The notes under the pieces: model-generated | What the model saw: the letters and a program-made list of their open reading frames with translations, nothing else | The model's database searches: none | What the model was told of the DNA's origin: nothing | Position numbers and translations under genes: made by a program | Shown: one piece after another, positions 1 to 11,849 of the stretch | How positions within the stretch are numbered: the stretch's first letter is position 1 | How the letters are laid out: the number at the start of each line of letters is the position of its first letter | Assembly: GCF_006345805.1 (NCBI RefSeq) | Contig: NW_021824301.1 | Location: 1 to 19,203 of the forward strand | DNA length: 19,203 nt | Source of the DNA: Octopus sinensis | Lineage: Eukaryota | Reading direction: 5' to 3'

Positions 1-27
1 GAACTTTTGCAAAAATGTACGGGGGAG

Positions 28-31
<4 letters not shown>

Positions 32-73
<42 letters not shown>

Positions 74-550
74 CATGTGTGTGAATATACATATGTGTGT
101 GTGTGTATGTGTGTGAATATACATATATATATGTGTGTGTGTGTGTGTGTGTTTATATATATGCATAATTACACATACGTACATATATGCTTTATCTCTA
201 ACTATTATCAGATCTCTGATATCTGTGAGATATACGCGAAGAGCTGGGTGGTGTTTTCCAGACATGTAAACAATACATACATACATACATACAAACAAGC
301 AAATATATACACACGCACACACATACACATACACATACACATGCGCGCGCATGCACGCACACATACACATATATAGTGACATACATACATATATGTCTGT
401 GTGCGTGGTTGGGTGATTTACATATATGCCTATATATACATTCCTAATTTCATGTATATTTGTATAGAAAAGTACACACACGCTACACAGTTACACACAC
501 GCACATACACACACGCCCACACACACGCACACACACACACACACATACAT
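32..550. repeat. Compound (TA)n/(TG)n/(CA)n/(TACA)n microsatellites
   Basis: Directly visible; explains ORFs 65-376, 198-386 and 208-390. Confidence 0.95.
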
Positions 551-759
551 ATGGCGATATAAATATAGTAATAGATGTGTGTTTGTGTCTATCTATTTAT
601 AGTAAGGAATCTCTGAAACAATAAGTTGCATAAGAAATGACATTAAATTCCTCTTCTGCCTCGTATATCGCTTCTCAACACGCAGTTTCTCTCGCTAGGT
701 GTCCCTCTGGTTAACTCACTCTCTATAGCATACATTTGCCCTTTGGCTCTTCATTCGTA

Positions 760-1360
760 CATCCATCCATCCATCTATCCACCCACCAATCCAGCCAGCC
801 ACCCATCCATTTATGGAGCCACTAACCCATCCACCCATCCTCCCATCTACCCATCCACCCATCCTCCCATCTACCCATCCACCCATCCTCCCATCTACCC
901 ATCCACCCATCCTTCCGTCCATCCATCCATCCAGATACCCATCCACCCATCAATCCATCCATCCATCCATCCATCCATCATCCATCCATCCATCCCTCCA
1001 TCCATCTATCTATCCACCCACCCATCCATCCATCCTCCCACCCACCCATCCTCCCATCTACCCATCCACCCGTCCATCCATCCATCCATCATCCATCCAT
1101 CCATCCATCCATCCATCTATCTATCCACCACCCTTCCAGATACCCATCCACCCATCCTTCCGTCCATCCACCCATCCACCCATCCTTCCAGCCTCCCATC
1201 CACACATCCATTCATCTACCTTTCCAGCACACATCCACCCATCCTTCCGTCCATCCATCCATCCATCCATCCAGATACCCATCCACCCATCCTTCCAGCC
1301 TCCCATCCACACATCCATTCATCTACCCTTCCAGCCACCCATCCACCCATCAATCCATCC
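760..1360. repeat. (CCAT)n-derived degenerate array with higher-order units
   Basis: A CCAT backbone; the 24-bp unit acccatccacccatcctcccatct occurs three times plus a partial copy at 825-912. Explains the H/P/S/I-rich ORFs. Confidence 0.95.
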
Positions 1361-1364
1361 AACG

Positions 1365-1735
1365 TTAATCACAACTCAACTACAATAGCAACATCAACAA
1401 TAACAATAGCCTTAACGTTAGCAAGAAAATAGCAACTACAACTGCCACAACAATAGCCGTAATGTTAGAAAAAAAAAATTAGCGACGATAACAGTAACGA
1501 TGGCAACAAGCGACATCGGTAGCTGCAGCCACATCGATAGCAAGAAAATAGCAACAGCAACTACAACAAAAGCAACAACAAAATTAAGGAAGAATATAGG
1601 AACAGAACGATAGCAAAAACAACAACAAACACAGCAACAACAACAACAACAACAACCACGACGATAGCTAGAAATGACAACAGCAACAACGACATTAGCA
1701 AGAACAGCAGCAACAACAACAATAGCAACGATAGG
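1365..1735. repeat. Degenerate (AAC/AGC)n triplet array
   Basis: Visible caacaacaac/cagcaac runs. Confidence 0.9.
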
Positions 1736-1998
1736 AGAATTTAAACTTTTTTATCAGACAACCAAAACGATTATGGTGAAACGAATAAAATTGATCGACC
1801 TGTGTACAATATAGGAACTCTCTACATTAGAACTCCCATCTTCAAATTATTCCAGATATTTACTTTGAAATTATATTTCCTGTTTCCGTTCTATTTCTAA
1901 TAACAAATTCCTTTGATCTCCTTCCAGCAAACGGTTTTTTCGCCGCCATATTTTGTTGAACTTTTTACGACAATAAAGTGGTTTTAAAATTTTTTTCT

Positions 1999-2178
1999 TT
2001 AGCTTTTAGCGTTTAAACCAGCTATTTGTAAATAGTCTGCCTGCTTTATGGTCAAACTGACCAGAGCCAGTATCTCATGCTTATTTATCCTATAATGTCA
2101 TTCTAGAACTAAACAGTCACATCGTCAAAATCTCGAAGCTCCAAGATACAGCGTTATTGATACAAAACAATATAAATA
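1999..2178 (+). mobile_element. Possible degenerate copy of a common octopus MITE-like repeat
   Basis: ttttagcgtttaaacc...taatgtcattctag...aaaatctcgaagct...caaaacaat resembles a repeat I recall from octopus genomes. There is no second copy in the window to confirm it. Confidence 0.35.
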
Positions 2179-2269
2179 TTACCGACCAAAGCCTTGTGAG
2201 TGGATTTGGTAGACGGAAACTGAAAGAAGCCCGTCGTATATATATATACATATATGCGTGTGTGTGTTT

Positions 2270-2478
2270 GTGTGTCTGTGTTTGCCCCCCTAGCATTGCT
2301 TGACAACCGATGCTGGCGTGTTTATGTCCCTGTTACTTAGCGGTTCGGCAAAAGAGACCGATAGAATAAGTACTGGGCTTACAAAAGAATAAGTCCCAGG
2401 GTCGAGTTGCTCGATTAAAGGCGGTGCTCCAGCATGGCCGCAGTCAAATGGCTGAAACAAGTAAAAGAGTAAAAGAGA
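2270..2478 (+). mobile_element. 5'-truncated SINE (3' portion)
   Basis: cggttcggcaaaagagaccgatagaataagtac...ggtgctccagcatggccgcagtcaaatggctgaaacaagtaaaagagtaaaagag; a degenerate inverted copy exists at 10565-10722. Confidence 0.65.
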
Positions 2479-3259
2479 GAGAGAGAGTCAAGACTATTGA
2501 AAAGGTTGCAAGACGCAACGAAAATTTTAGGAAAATAAAAATAAGAAATTAGTGGAAATTTTACCGGTGAGTGCGTTACATAATAAGGCACAAAAAGAAA
2601 ATGACTCTCCCCAGACATAACAGAATATGCTTCAACACACGAACTCACATAAAGAATTTTCTATCAGTGACCAGCATGCATAGTAGAGCCAATAGAATTT
2701 TCTGCCCAAAATATTTTGATAGCAAAATTTTCATAATTTTGAAGAACGTTGGTACGTAAATTTTCATTTGCTGCCGACTATAACTGCGCTTGCGCGGTGG
2801 ATTTGAAAAATTATAGTGTATACAGATGGAGTATATGCGTCTTCAATGTTCCACAAATATACAATAATCATACCTCCTATGCTGATGAGGACACGGATGG
2901 CAAATTACTTTATTTTTCATTGATGTTGAAACCTCGTTACATGGGTAACTATTGAAATGTTTTTATTTTTTCATCCTCTTCGAAGTTACTTTTATCCGTG
3001 GTTTGGGCTTAAACTGCTCTTTTTAGCATGTAAGGTGTCCTGTTAAGTTCACCTCTTTTGTGTATAGAAATGTACACTAATTATATATATAATAGCGGGA
3101 TTTCGTTATTTTCTGCCTTTTTTGCAATATACAGCTTACAAATTCTGTTTGTTTGTGGAGACTTTTTATTAGTAGAGGAAATAGTGATCAATTTTGGCTG
3201 CTATTTCTAATATTTTCGGTATGTGGTTTTGAGCAACTTGTTGCATTTAACCCTTAATT

Positions 3260-4127
3260 ATAATTATATATATATATATATACGCATATTTCTTTACATT
3301 TGTGCATATATATGTATATATGTGCATATACAAATACATATATATATATATATATATATATATTCTGTGTGTGTTTGTTATAAATTTAAAAGTAATATAT
3401 TATACATTATGTTGATGAAGAAGTGAAGACTGGTTAAGATATCAGAAAAAACAACCGAAAAGAAAGAAAAAAATATTGAAATACAATAAAAAGCATTTAT
3501 AAAAAAAAATTACATATGGCGGTGATGAAGAAATATTCTATAACGATTCTTCAAAATGATGTATTTGTTAAGTGAAAGGAGCATTTGGAGTCAAAATGGC
3601 GGACATCTTGAGAGAAATTTTAAATATTAAATACTGGAATTTTTTGCAAAGTATTTTAATGTGAATCTTGAAACAAGTGAAGGTTATTTTTTCCCCCCTT
3701 GAGATTCTTTTAGCCGACATTACTGAGGTCATGCTGCAGCAACACCTACATAAGATGTTGTTGATTTTTCATATCTCCTGTCTATTTTTTCGTGTTTTTT
3801 TTCTTCTTCTCAATTTTATTTCATCATTTAAAAAAAATTTTGTCTTAATTTTTGTTTAGCAATTTTCTGTATTTGCATGAATAATTTTCTTTTGCACATT
3901 TAGTCATCCATCCATCCATCAATCCATCCATTCATACATACATACATATATACATGCGTACGTACATACATATATACATGCGTACGTACATACATATGTA
4001 CATATAAATACATAGATATATATGTGTGTGTGTGTGTATAGTATACATTATAAGCTTGTATATGCATATATACACACACATATATATATATTGTATATAT
4101 GCATACATAGAAAGAAATATATATATG
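3260..4127. repeat. (TA)n block (3260-3362) and CCAT/TACA/TG/TA block (3903-4127)
   Basis: Directly visible. Confidence 0.85.
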
Positions 4128-4137
4128 TGGGAGTGTA

Positions 4138-4266
4138 GACACGTGTCCTAGAGTTTAGGGCGTTGTACTTACGATCGCTGGGTTCGATTCCCGGGGCGTG
4201 CAGAGCCTTGTGTTCTTGAGCAAGCACTTCATTTCACACTGCTCTACTCCATTCAGCTGCAAATGC
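4138..4266 (+). mobile_element. Old tRNA-headed SINE with a CORE-like segment
   Basis: B box gggttcgattcccgg followed by ttgtgttcttgagcaagcacttcatttc, resembling the CORE-SINE motif tgtgaccttgggcaagtcacttaa (recalled). Confidence 0.5.
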
Positions 4267-4424
4267 ATAACGCCGTGATACAATAGTTTTCCGATCAGAC
4301 GAAATGTTGGCCTGCTCTCCTAACCAACAGAATGGCATCGCCCAAAAACCAAAACAACGCGAAACGCCGGGTGGCCAACAATGTGTAACGACATCCGATA
4401 TTCTGGTCGACTCCGTGGTATATA

Positions 4425-4572
4425 CCGTATTTTAACGTATATAAGGAACCCCCTAATTTGGTGGGGCTTGAATTTCGGAAAAAAAGGTTTTGTAAGGGAT
4501 TCCTGTATAAGAAACACCCATATTTTTTAAACCTAATTTTTGACAAAAAATGGTTCCTTATACGCGTTAAAA
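4425..4572. mobile_element. pogo/Tc2-like MITE remnant
   Basis: Inverted repeat ttttaacgtatataaggaacc (4430-4450) vs ggttccttatacgcgttaaaa (4552-4572) matches at 19/21. The left end is ta|CCGTATTTT, typical of Tc2/pogo-type TIRs with a TA target site; the right outermost bases appear lost. Confidence 0.6.
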
Positions 4573-4629
4573 GCTTCTTACCACACAGTCATTCCTGCGC
4601 CTACCCACACAACCACTCCTGTATATATT

Positions 4630-4697
<68 letters not shown>

Positions 4698-4827
4698 CAC
4701 AATCAAGGTGCAAAATGGCGTACTCCGAATGAATAAGGTAGTGTAATCCGATGGTAGAAAGAATTCCACGAATTAGGTACATCAAAGACAGTTAGAAGGA
4801 CAGGGGTTCGTGTGAGCGTGCGGTAAA

Positions 4828-5124
4828 TCTTTATATATAAAAGTGAAGTTGTGTGTCTGTCTCCTACGATTTAGATTCCTAACTACTCCCACATTTTTCG
4901 GTGCAGTTTAACCAAAAGCAGGTATCTTATAGTCGTGATTCATATCGAGCCCTTCTGGGTATTAGCGCGCGTCTATGATGAGTCTACGATTAAAAAAAAA
5001 TTACCATCATTTTCTCCCATTTTTAATGCATTTTTTTGCTATTATATAAGGGAAGTAACTCTCTAGAAATGCTTATATAGTTATTTCCCTTACAAACCCG
5101 AGCAACGCCGGGCGATACTGCTAG
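4828..5124 (+). mobile_element. Non-autonomous Helitron-like element (297 bp)
   Basis: Starts with TC (a^tctttatatataaaag) and ends with CTAG^t, so it sits between host A (4827) and T (5125) with no TSD. The subterminal hairpin cccgagcaacgccggg (5097-5112) lies 8 nt before CTAG. A related copy is at 16369-16877. Confidence 0.8.
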
Positions 5125-5411
5125 TAGTTAATAAAAAAAACAAACGGAGAAAAAAATTCAAGAAGAACAAAACAACAACGCAAGGCCGTGGTACATGAAA
5201 AGAATTAATAAGACACTCAATGAAGGACAGAAAGGGTGTTTTACGTTTCGAGATGACGGTTCCCATTGAAAATAGCATGGACTCGGCTCGAACTGGAAAG
5301 ATTTACTGTTATGAATATCCCCAGGAGGATTCTGAAAACACAAACTGAAAAAGCAGAAGATTATCCAATCGAAGATGGATGCAGGGGGTTCCTTGGAAAC
5401 GTTACGAACAA

Positions 5412-5725
5412 TTTGTTGTTGTTTGTTCCTTCTCAAGCCATGTCTGGCTAATAAGGGCCGGTTTCCCGCGGTTTCCTTGGCGTATAGGTTCCCCACCTGG
5501 ACGGGACGCCGGTCCGTCGGAGGTGAGCTGCTAGGTGCAGGAGGAAAGAGTGAGAGAAAGTTGTGGCAAAAGAGTCAGCAGAAGTTTCGCCATTACTTTC
5601 TGCCGGATCCGCGTAGAGCTTAGGTGTTTTCGCTCATAAACACACACGTCACCCGGTCTGAGATTCGAACCCGCGATCCATCTACCGCGACTCCGCGACT
5701 CTAACCACTACGCCATGTGCCTCCA
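5412..5725 (-). mobile_element. tRNA-derived SINE, 3' tail type A (more diverged copy)
   Basis: Reverse complement starts tggaggcacatggcgtagtggttagagtc and contains ggttcgaatc (B box). It shares ggcgtata, ctggacggga and gagtgagagaaag with 13626-13924. Confidence 0.75.
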
Positions 5726-5822
5726 TTTACGAACAATAAATAATATCCATATTATTTCTCACTTGCAATACAAAACACTAAAAATGATAAGATAAGAAAA
5801 TCAAACGAACAAAAGAATCCGT

Positions 5823-5849
5823 GACAACACCAACAACAACAACACCACC

Positions 5850-5880
<31 letters not shown>

Positions 5881-5910
5881 GCAGCAAAAGCAGCAACAAG
5901 AACAACATGG
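5823..5910. repeat. (AAC)n/(AGC)n array
   Basis: Directly visible. Confidence 0.9.
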
Positions 5911-6195
5911 AAAAAGAAAAGGAAAGAAATTGAAGGAAAATGAGATAAAAACATTTTTGAAATGCTGAATCAGAAATGTGAAATTATTTTAATTGAAACG
6001 CTAATTGTGTCTAATTTATCTGTTCCAGGCAAATATATTAAAGCGATAAAGGAAGTAATCTCTGGAATGGAGGCTTCTAGTATCGATACATAACGATGAG
6101 GGGTGGGTGGGAAACCTGGTAAACAATATTAAATAATGATGACAAGATGTAATGATGACATGGCCGTCAACTCCGTCATCAATCACCTTCACCCC

Positions 6196-6615
6196 CACCA
6201 CCACCACCACCGCTAACAACAACAACAACAGCAACAACAACAACAGAAACAATTATAATGGTGACAATCGTGATGACAATGAGGAAGATGATCTGTTTTT
6301 TTTTTGTTATTATTGGCCTCAAGAGTCAAAGATATTGAGGAATATGTGAAAGGACAGGATACAGCATCATCATCATCATCATCATCATCGTTATCATCAT
6401 CACCTATGATGACAATAATAATAGCAAGAAGAAAAAGGAGGAGGCGGAGGAGGAGGAGGAAGAGGCGAAGAGAGGAAGAAGAAGGAGGAGGAGGAGGGGA
6501 GAAGGAGAAGGATAATAATAATAAGAAGATGAAGAAAATGAAGAAAAAGGAGGATGGGAAGAAAAAGAAGAGGGAGAAGGGAAGAAGAAGAAAAAGAAGG
6601 AGGAGGAGGAGAAGG

Positions 6616-6700
<85 letters not shown>
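6196..6700. repeat. Compound triplet array ACC/AAC, ATC, GGA/GAA, then perfect (ATA)n at 6616-6700
   Basis: Directly visible; source of the poly-R/E/K/I/L ORFs. Confidence 0.95.
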
Positions 6701-6701
<1 letters not shown>

Positions 6702-6760
6702 GATTTCAAAATTTTGCACAAAAAATTTGAAAGCCTGTGTCAGTAATTTTAGGGGTAAAT

Positions 6761-6892
6761 CGATTAAACCAGCGCCCGTGCTTCACTTGTACTTATTTTT
6801 TGGGGACAAAAGGATGAAAGAAAAGTTTGACCTCGGCGTGATTTGAACTCAGAATGGAAAGTAGTTTTTGCGAACGCTCAAACGATTCTGAT
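6761..6892 (-). mobile_element. Degenerate SINE fragment of the 15730/18844 family
   Basis: Reverse complement contains ttctgagttcaaatcacgccgaggtcaaac...ctttcatcctttt...aataagtac. Confidence 0.6.
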
Positions 6893-7099
6893 ATTTGTAA
6901 CGAAGATTGGAATGACGATGAGGAGGAGGAGGAGGAGGTGGGTGGGGGGGGTGTAGGAGTGGGGGGGGGAGGAAGGGGAGGAGCAGAAGAAACAGGAGGC
7001 AGGAGGTGGAACTAAAAGAGATAATGGAGGTAGATGTGGCGCTGGTGGTGACGACGACGAAGATCACGTCGACGGCGACAGCGACGATTATGATGGTGC

Positions 7100-7684
7100 T
7101 CACTCACCATCCTCATCATCGTCACCTACACCACCACCATCACCACCACCTCTAACTACAACAACAAAAACATCATCTTCATCATCATCATCATTATCAT
7201 CACCACCATCGTCATCATCATCATCATCATCATCATCGTCATCATCATCTTCATCATCATCATCTTCATCATCATTATCATCATCTTCATCATCATCATC
7301 AACATCATCATCACCATCGTCATCATCATCGTCATCATCATCATCATATCATCATCACATCATCATCATCCTCATCATCATCATCGCCATCATCATAGAC
7401 ATCGTCATCGTCATTATCCTCATCATCGCCATCGTTGTCGTCGTCTTCATCATCATCAACATCATCATCATCATCATTATCATCATCGCCATCGTCTTCA
7501 TCATCATCATCATATCATCATCATCATCATCGTCGTCATCATCATCATCATAATCATCATCATAACCATCATCATCATAGTCATCATCATCGCCATCGTT
7601 GTCGTCGTCTTCATCATCATCATCATCGGCATCGTTGTCGTCGTCTTCATCATCATCATCACTATCATGATCGCCATCATCATT

Positions 7685-7729
<45 letters not shown>

Positions 7730-7790
7730 GCCATCATCATTATCCTCATCATCATCATCGACATCATCATCACCATCAGCATCACCATCA
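7100..7790. repeat. ~700-bp degenerate (ATC)n array
   Basis: Directly visible; source of the poly-H/S/M/D ORFs. Confidence 0.95.
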
Positions 7791-7917
7791 GCGTCACTGT
7801 CTGCCCAATACAACTTTCGTTTCGTGATATTTTCGATTCTCGAAAAACATGATTTGCTTCCGTTGTCATTCACTTGTTGTCGCTGTTGCTGTTCTTGCAT
7901 CTACCGCCGCCGCTGCC

Positions 7918-7933
7918 ATTATTATTATTATTA

Positions 7934-8011
<78 letters not shown>

Positions 8012-8378
8012 CATCGTTGTTATTACAAAAGTAGTAGTAGTAGTAGTAATAGTAGTAGTAGTAGTAGTGGTTGTTGTTGTTACCGTTGCAGTGGTTTGTT
8101 GTTGTTCTTCTTGTTCTTGTTCTTGTCCTCCTAATTGTTGCTCTCTGGCAGTTGACGCAGCTTTAATTTCACTTCTGCATGTTATCATTTTCGTCAAACG
8201 GCGACATCGCCGACATTATTTGCGCTGTCGTTGATGCAATTTTCACTTCCTCGTCTTGTTGCTGTTGTGGCAGACGATATTTTAGTCACTATTAATATTA
8301 CTATAAAGCTTATTATTATAATTATTATTATCATTATTATTATTATTATTATCATTATTATTATTATTATTATTATTG
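7918..8378. repeat. (ATT)n, (AGT)n and (GTT)n triplet arrays
   Basis: Directly visible. Confidence 0.95.
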
Positions 8379-8749
8379 TTTGTGATTCGGAGTTATTCGC
8401 CTGCAGTTGATGTACTTTCAATTTATCGCTGTTGTTGTCGTGAATGTTATTGCAAATGGTGAGGTTGTTGACGTTGTTGTTGCTGCTGTCTTCTCTTTTA
8501 AATACTTTACACTCGTTACTTATTAATTATAGTTTATTCTTATTAATTATTCACTATTTATAATCAGGTTTTGATTTTCCACTTCAATATTTTTGCCCGA
8601 TTTTGTTTAAAACTTTTCGATTTAAGACTCTGCGTTATTTTTAATACGGACGCTCACACGAACACGCACAGACACTCTCAGACACGCATATACATACACT
8701 CGCTTGAACACACGCGCGTGCCACGGCACACATACAGGTCACATACTAT

Positions 8750-8754
8750 TTACT

Positions 8755-8796
<42 letters not shown>

Positions 8797-8846
8797 ATAT
8801 ATATTATATATATATATATATATATACATATATATATAAATATATA

Positions 8847-8877
<31 letters not shown>

Positions 8878-9154
8878 CATGTGTGTATTATATATATATT
8901 ATATATATATATTATATATATATATATGTATATATGTATGTATGTATAAACATGCATAGATGCAAACACCCACTCACTGAAGTGCATATGTTTACATGTG
9001 CGTGCATGTATGCGTGTATCTATGTGTACATGTATAAATATATATATGTATACATACATAGATGCAGATATATGCTGCGTGTTATTGCTTGTCTCTGTGC
9101 ATGCATGTATATTTGCGTGCACATACGCACGTGTATACAATATATATACAAATA

Positions 9155-9202
<48 letters not shown>

Positions 9203-9249
9203 TATGTATATATATGTATATGTATATATAAGTATATATATACATATAC

Positions 9250-9282
<33 letters not shown>

Positions 9283-9397
9283 ATATATTTCTACACATGC
9301 GCACACATACATGCATACAAACATACATGGATAATTCTGTCTCTCACCACCTTTATATATATGCATGCATGTGTATGTATGTATGTATGTATGTATG

Positions 9398-9428
<31 letters not shown>

Positions 9429-9430
9429 TA
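8750..9430. repeat. (TA)n/(TATG)n microsatellite field
   Basis: Directly visible. Confidence 0.95.
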
Positions 9431-9639
9431 TGAGTACGTGAGTATGTAGAGTGAAAGAGCTAGATGGAGAGAAAGAGAGCTTGAGAGAGAGGGAGGGAGA
9501 GAAAGGGAGATTGACAGACGTAGACAGAGAAAGTGAGATGGAAAATGAGTAGATTTATTGCCTGTTTTAAGAATTATTTTAACATTCTAAATCTGCTAAT
9601 TAGTGCACTAATTAATGACTCTAGATCGGTCTTTCCTCC

Positions 9640-9930
9640 TCCCCCTCCCCCTCCAATTTCTTCTTCTTCTTCTTCTTCTTCTTCTTCTTCTGCTCCTCCT
9701 CTTCTTATTTTGTCTTCGTCATCATCATCATCATCATCATCTTCGTCGTCATCGTCGTCGTCGTCGTCGTCGTCATTGTCATCATCATCATCATCATCAT
9801 CGTCGTCATCGTCATCATCATACGCTTCTTTTTCTTCTTCGTCTTCGTCTCGTCCTTCTCTTCCTTCTCTATTTCATCTTCTTTTCCTTTTCGTCATTAC
9901 CCTTCTCCTCCTCATCATCGTCATCATCTT
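9640..9930. repeat. CCT/TCT/TCA/TCG triplet array
   Basis: Directly visible. Confidence 0.9.
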
Positions 9931-10564
9931 CGTCATCTCTTATTTTTTTCCTTTTTGTCTCGCCCTCTGTCACCCTTTTCTCGCCCCACCAACCACCATT
10001 TTCTCCCTGCATCTATCTCTCAGCTTTCTGTGTTCAGAGAATTGAAAGGTTACGAGAATTGAAAGGTTACAGGGGCCTTCCTCTTTGAAAAGAGCCCTTC
10101 ATCGATTTTTCTCAAGTTTCACATGTGAAGAAAGATAAAAAGGAATAGACGGATGTTGTGCCTTCCAGTGAATTTGCTGAAATGTGGCGAAAATGGCATG
10201 AGGGGACGGTTGGCTCCACTCAATACAAATCTGGAAGTTGGATAGAAAACATTGAGACAGGAACTTGATTTTGGTGTTTAGAGAGATCTTTCAGTGGTAG
10301 GATTCCTCGATTGGCCCCCAGAGGCCTTCTGTTTCAGAAGAGTCACGGTTTTGGTGTTTAGAGAGATCTTTTGTTGTAGAATTGCTCGATACACACACAT
10401 ATACACACACACACAGGCACACACACCTCCTCCTCCTTCTCCTCCTCATCCTCCTCCTCATCATCTTCATCGTTATTGTTACTGTTATTGTATGCTTATG
10501 TTTGTGCGTGGGCTTTATCGTACGTATGTGTGTGTAAGAGTGCGTGTGTATTCGAGTTACCTGC

Positions 10565-10722
10565 ATTGGACTAATGTCATGCTGGAGCAGACCCTTCAAA
10601 TTACTTTTAGTCGATCATATCGACACCAGTATATTTTCAGTTCTGGCCCCTATTTTATCGAACTTTTTTGTCAAACCGCTAAAGTACAGAACATATAGAA
10701 ACGTAACCTAAACACCATCAGT
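10565..10722 (-). mobile_element. Degenerate SINE fragment related to 2270-2478
   Basis: catgctggagca...tatcga...ttttgtcaaaccgctaaag...aaacaccatcagtt matches the reverse complement of 2300-2440 in scattered blocks. Confidence 0.5.
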
Positions 10723-11204
10723 TCTTAGGCTGAGATATTTACCAAATGTCTCTGTTTCAACAAGTTCCTACTTAAATTCAGAAAATTCACACAATAACTA
10801 CACCAGAGGATTAAACAGATTTACATTGAACCTTGGGGATTTACATCAGGCTCCTTTGCCTGCGGGTACTACATCTTTTATTCAACAGGTTATTCCTTAA
10901 AACTAACTCACCTTACGCGAGAATTTCCTGGCACTTGGATTTTCTTCTGTTTAAAGTGGAACATATATTTTATACTACTTCATGATATTTCACTTAGGGC
11001 CCAGTCTGCATAAGCAAAACAACTCAATTACAAATGGGAGCCACGAAGAGATTTATGCTCCTTACATCAGGTCATGTCTGACTGCGTACAGACTATGTGA
11101 GTTCTGCTCAGTATATGAGTTATACATAACACAATATCGTCCGGTGATTTCACAAGAAAATTGCGGAGACATCACGAAGTTTTAAGAAATACAATACATA
11201 CATT

Positions 11205-11437
11205 CGCACATACATACACATCTGTGTATATATCTGTATGTATGTATATTATATATATATATATATTATAATATATATATTATATATATATATTTTGTAT
11301 ATGAGCGTGTGTGAGTATGCGTGTATACACATACATATACTCTACCTATACTGACTACGCTATTTTGATTCCAGTAATTTTTTCTCATTATATAAGTATA
11401 TATGCATACATACATATATACATATAATATATATTAT

Positions 11438-11494
<57 letters not shown>

Positions 11495-11674
11495 TAAGTG
11501 AGATAGAGGTGGATATTAGCTGGAGAGATAGATTGGAAGACATATATATCATATATCATATATATATGTGCATATATATGTATAGGTATGTATAGATATA
11601 TACATATAAATTTACAGAAATTTATATAAATATATATCAATTTATATATGTACATAATAAACATACATATATGC

Positions 11675-11711
<37 letters not shown>

Positions 11712-11830
11712 GGGAGAGAGAGAGAGGGGGTGGGGAGTAAATTTTTAAGTAGGTAGATAGATAAACATAAATAAAACTCACTTCCTAGATCCTTTTATCC
11801 CATTCACCACACACACACACACACACTTCC
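11205..11830. repeat. (TA)n/(TACA)n/(GA)n/(CA)n field
   Basis: Directly visible. Confidence 0.9.
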
Positions 11831-11849
11831 AGACGAAGACGCCACTCCA

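Noticed and set aside
743-1432. 229-aa and 191-aa H/P/S/I-rich ORFs
   Set aside because: Translations of the CCAT-derived repeat; open in several frames and strands only because the repeat lacks stops.
5160-5410. Protein-like unique sequence (ORF 5266-5451) as a possible exon or TE relic
   Set aside because: No recognisable motif, stops in neighbouring codons and no convincing splice sites; it runs into a SINE tail.
6213-8234. Poly-His/Asp/Met/Ile/Arg ORFs suggesting metal-binding or acidic proteins
   Set aside because: All overlap pure triplet microsatellites; no domain, splice context or codon diversity.
8571-9428. 285-aa Y/I-rich ORF and similar ORFs at 11.4-14.5 kb
   Set aside because: Translations of (TA)n and (TATG)n repeats.
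10150-10268. Short open frame DVVPSSEFAEMWRKWHEGTVGSTQYKSGSWIENIETGT
   Set aside because: Bounded by stops, and I cannot match it to any family without a search.
10037-10371. CRISPR-like repeat-spacer arrangement
   Set aside because: Only two copies of each repeat, a eukaryotic context and no cas genes.
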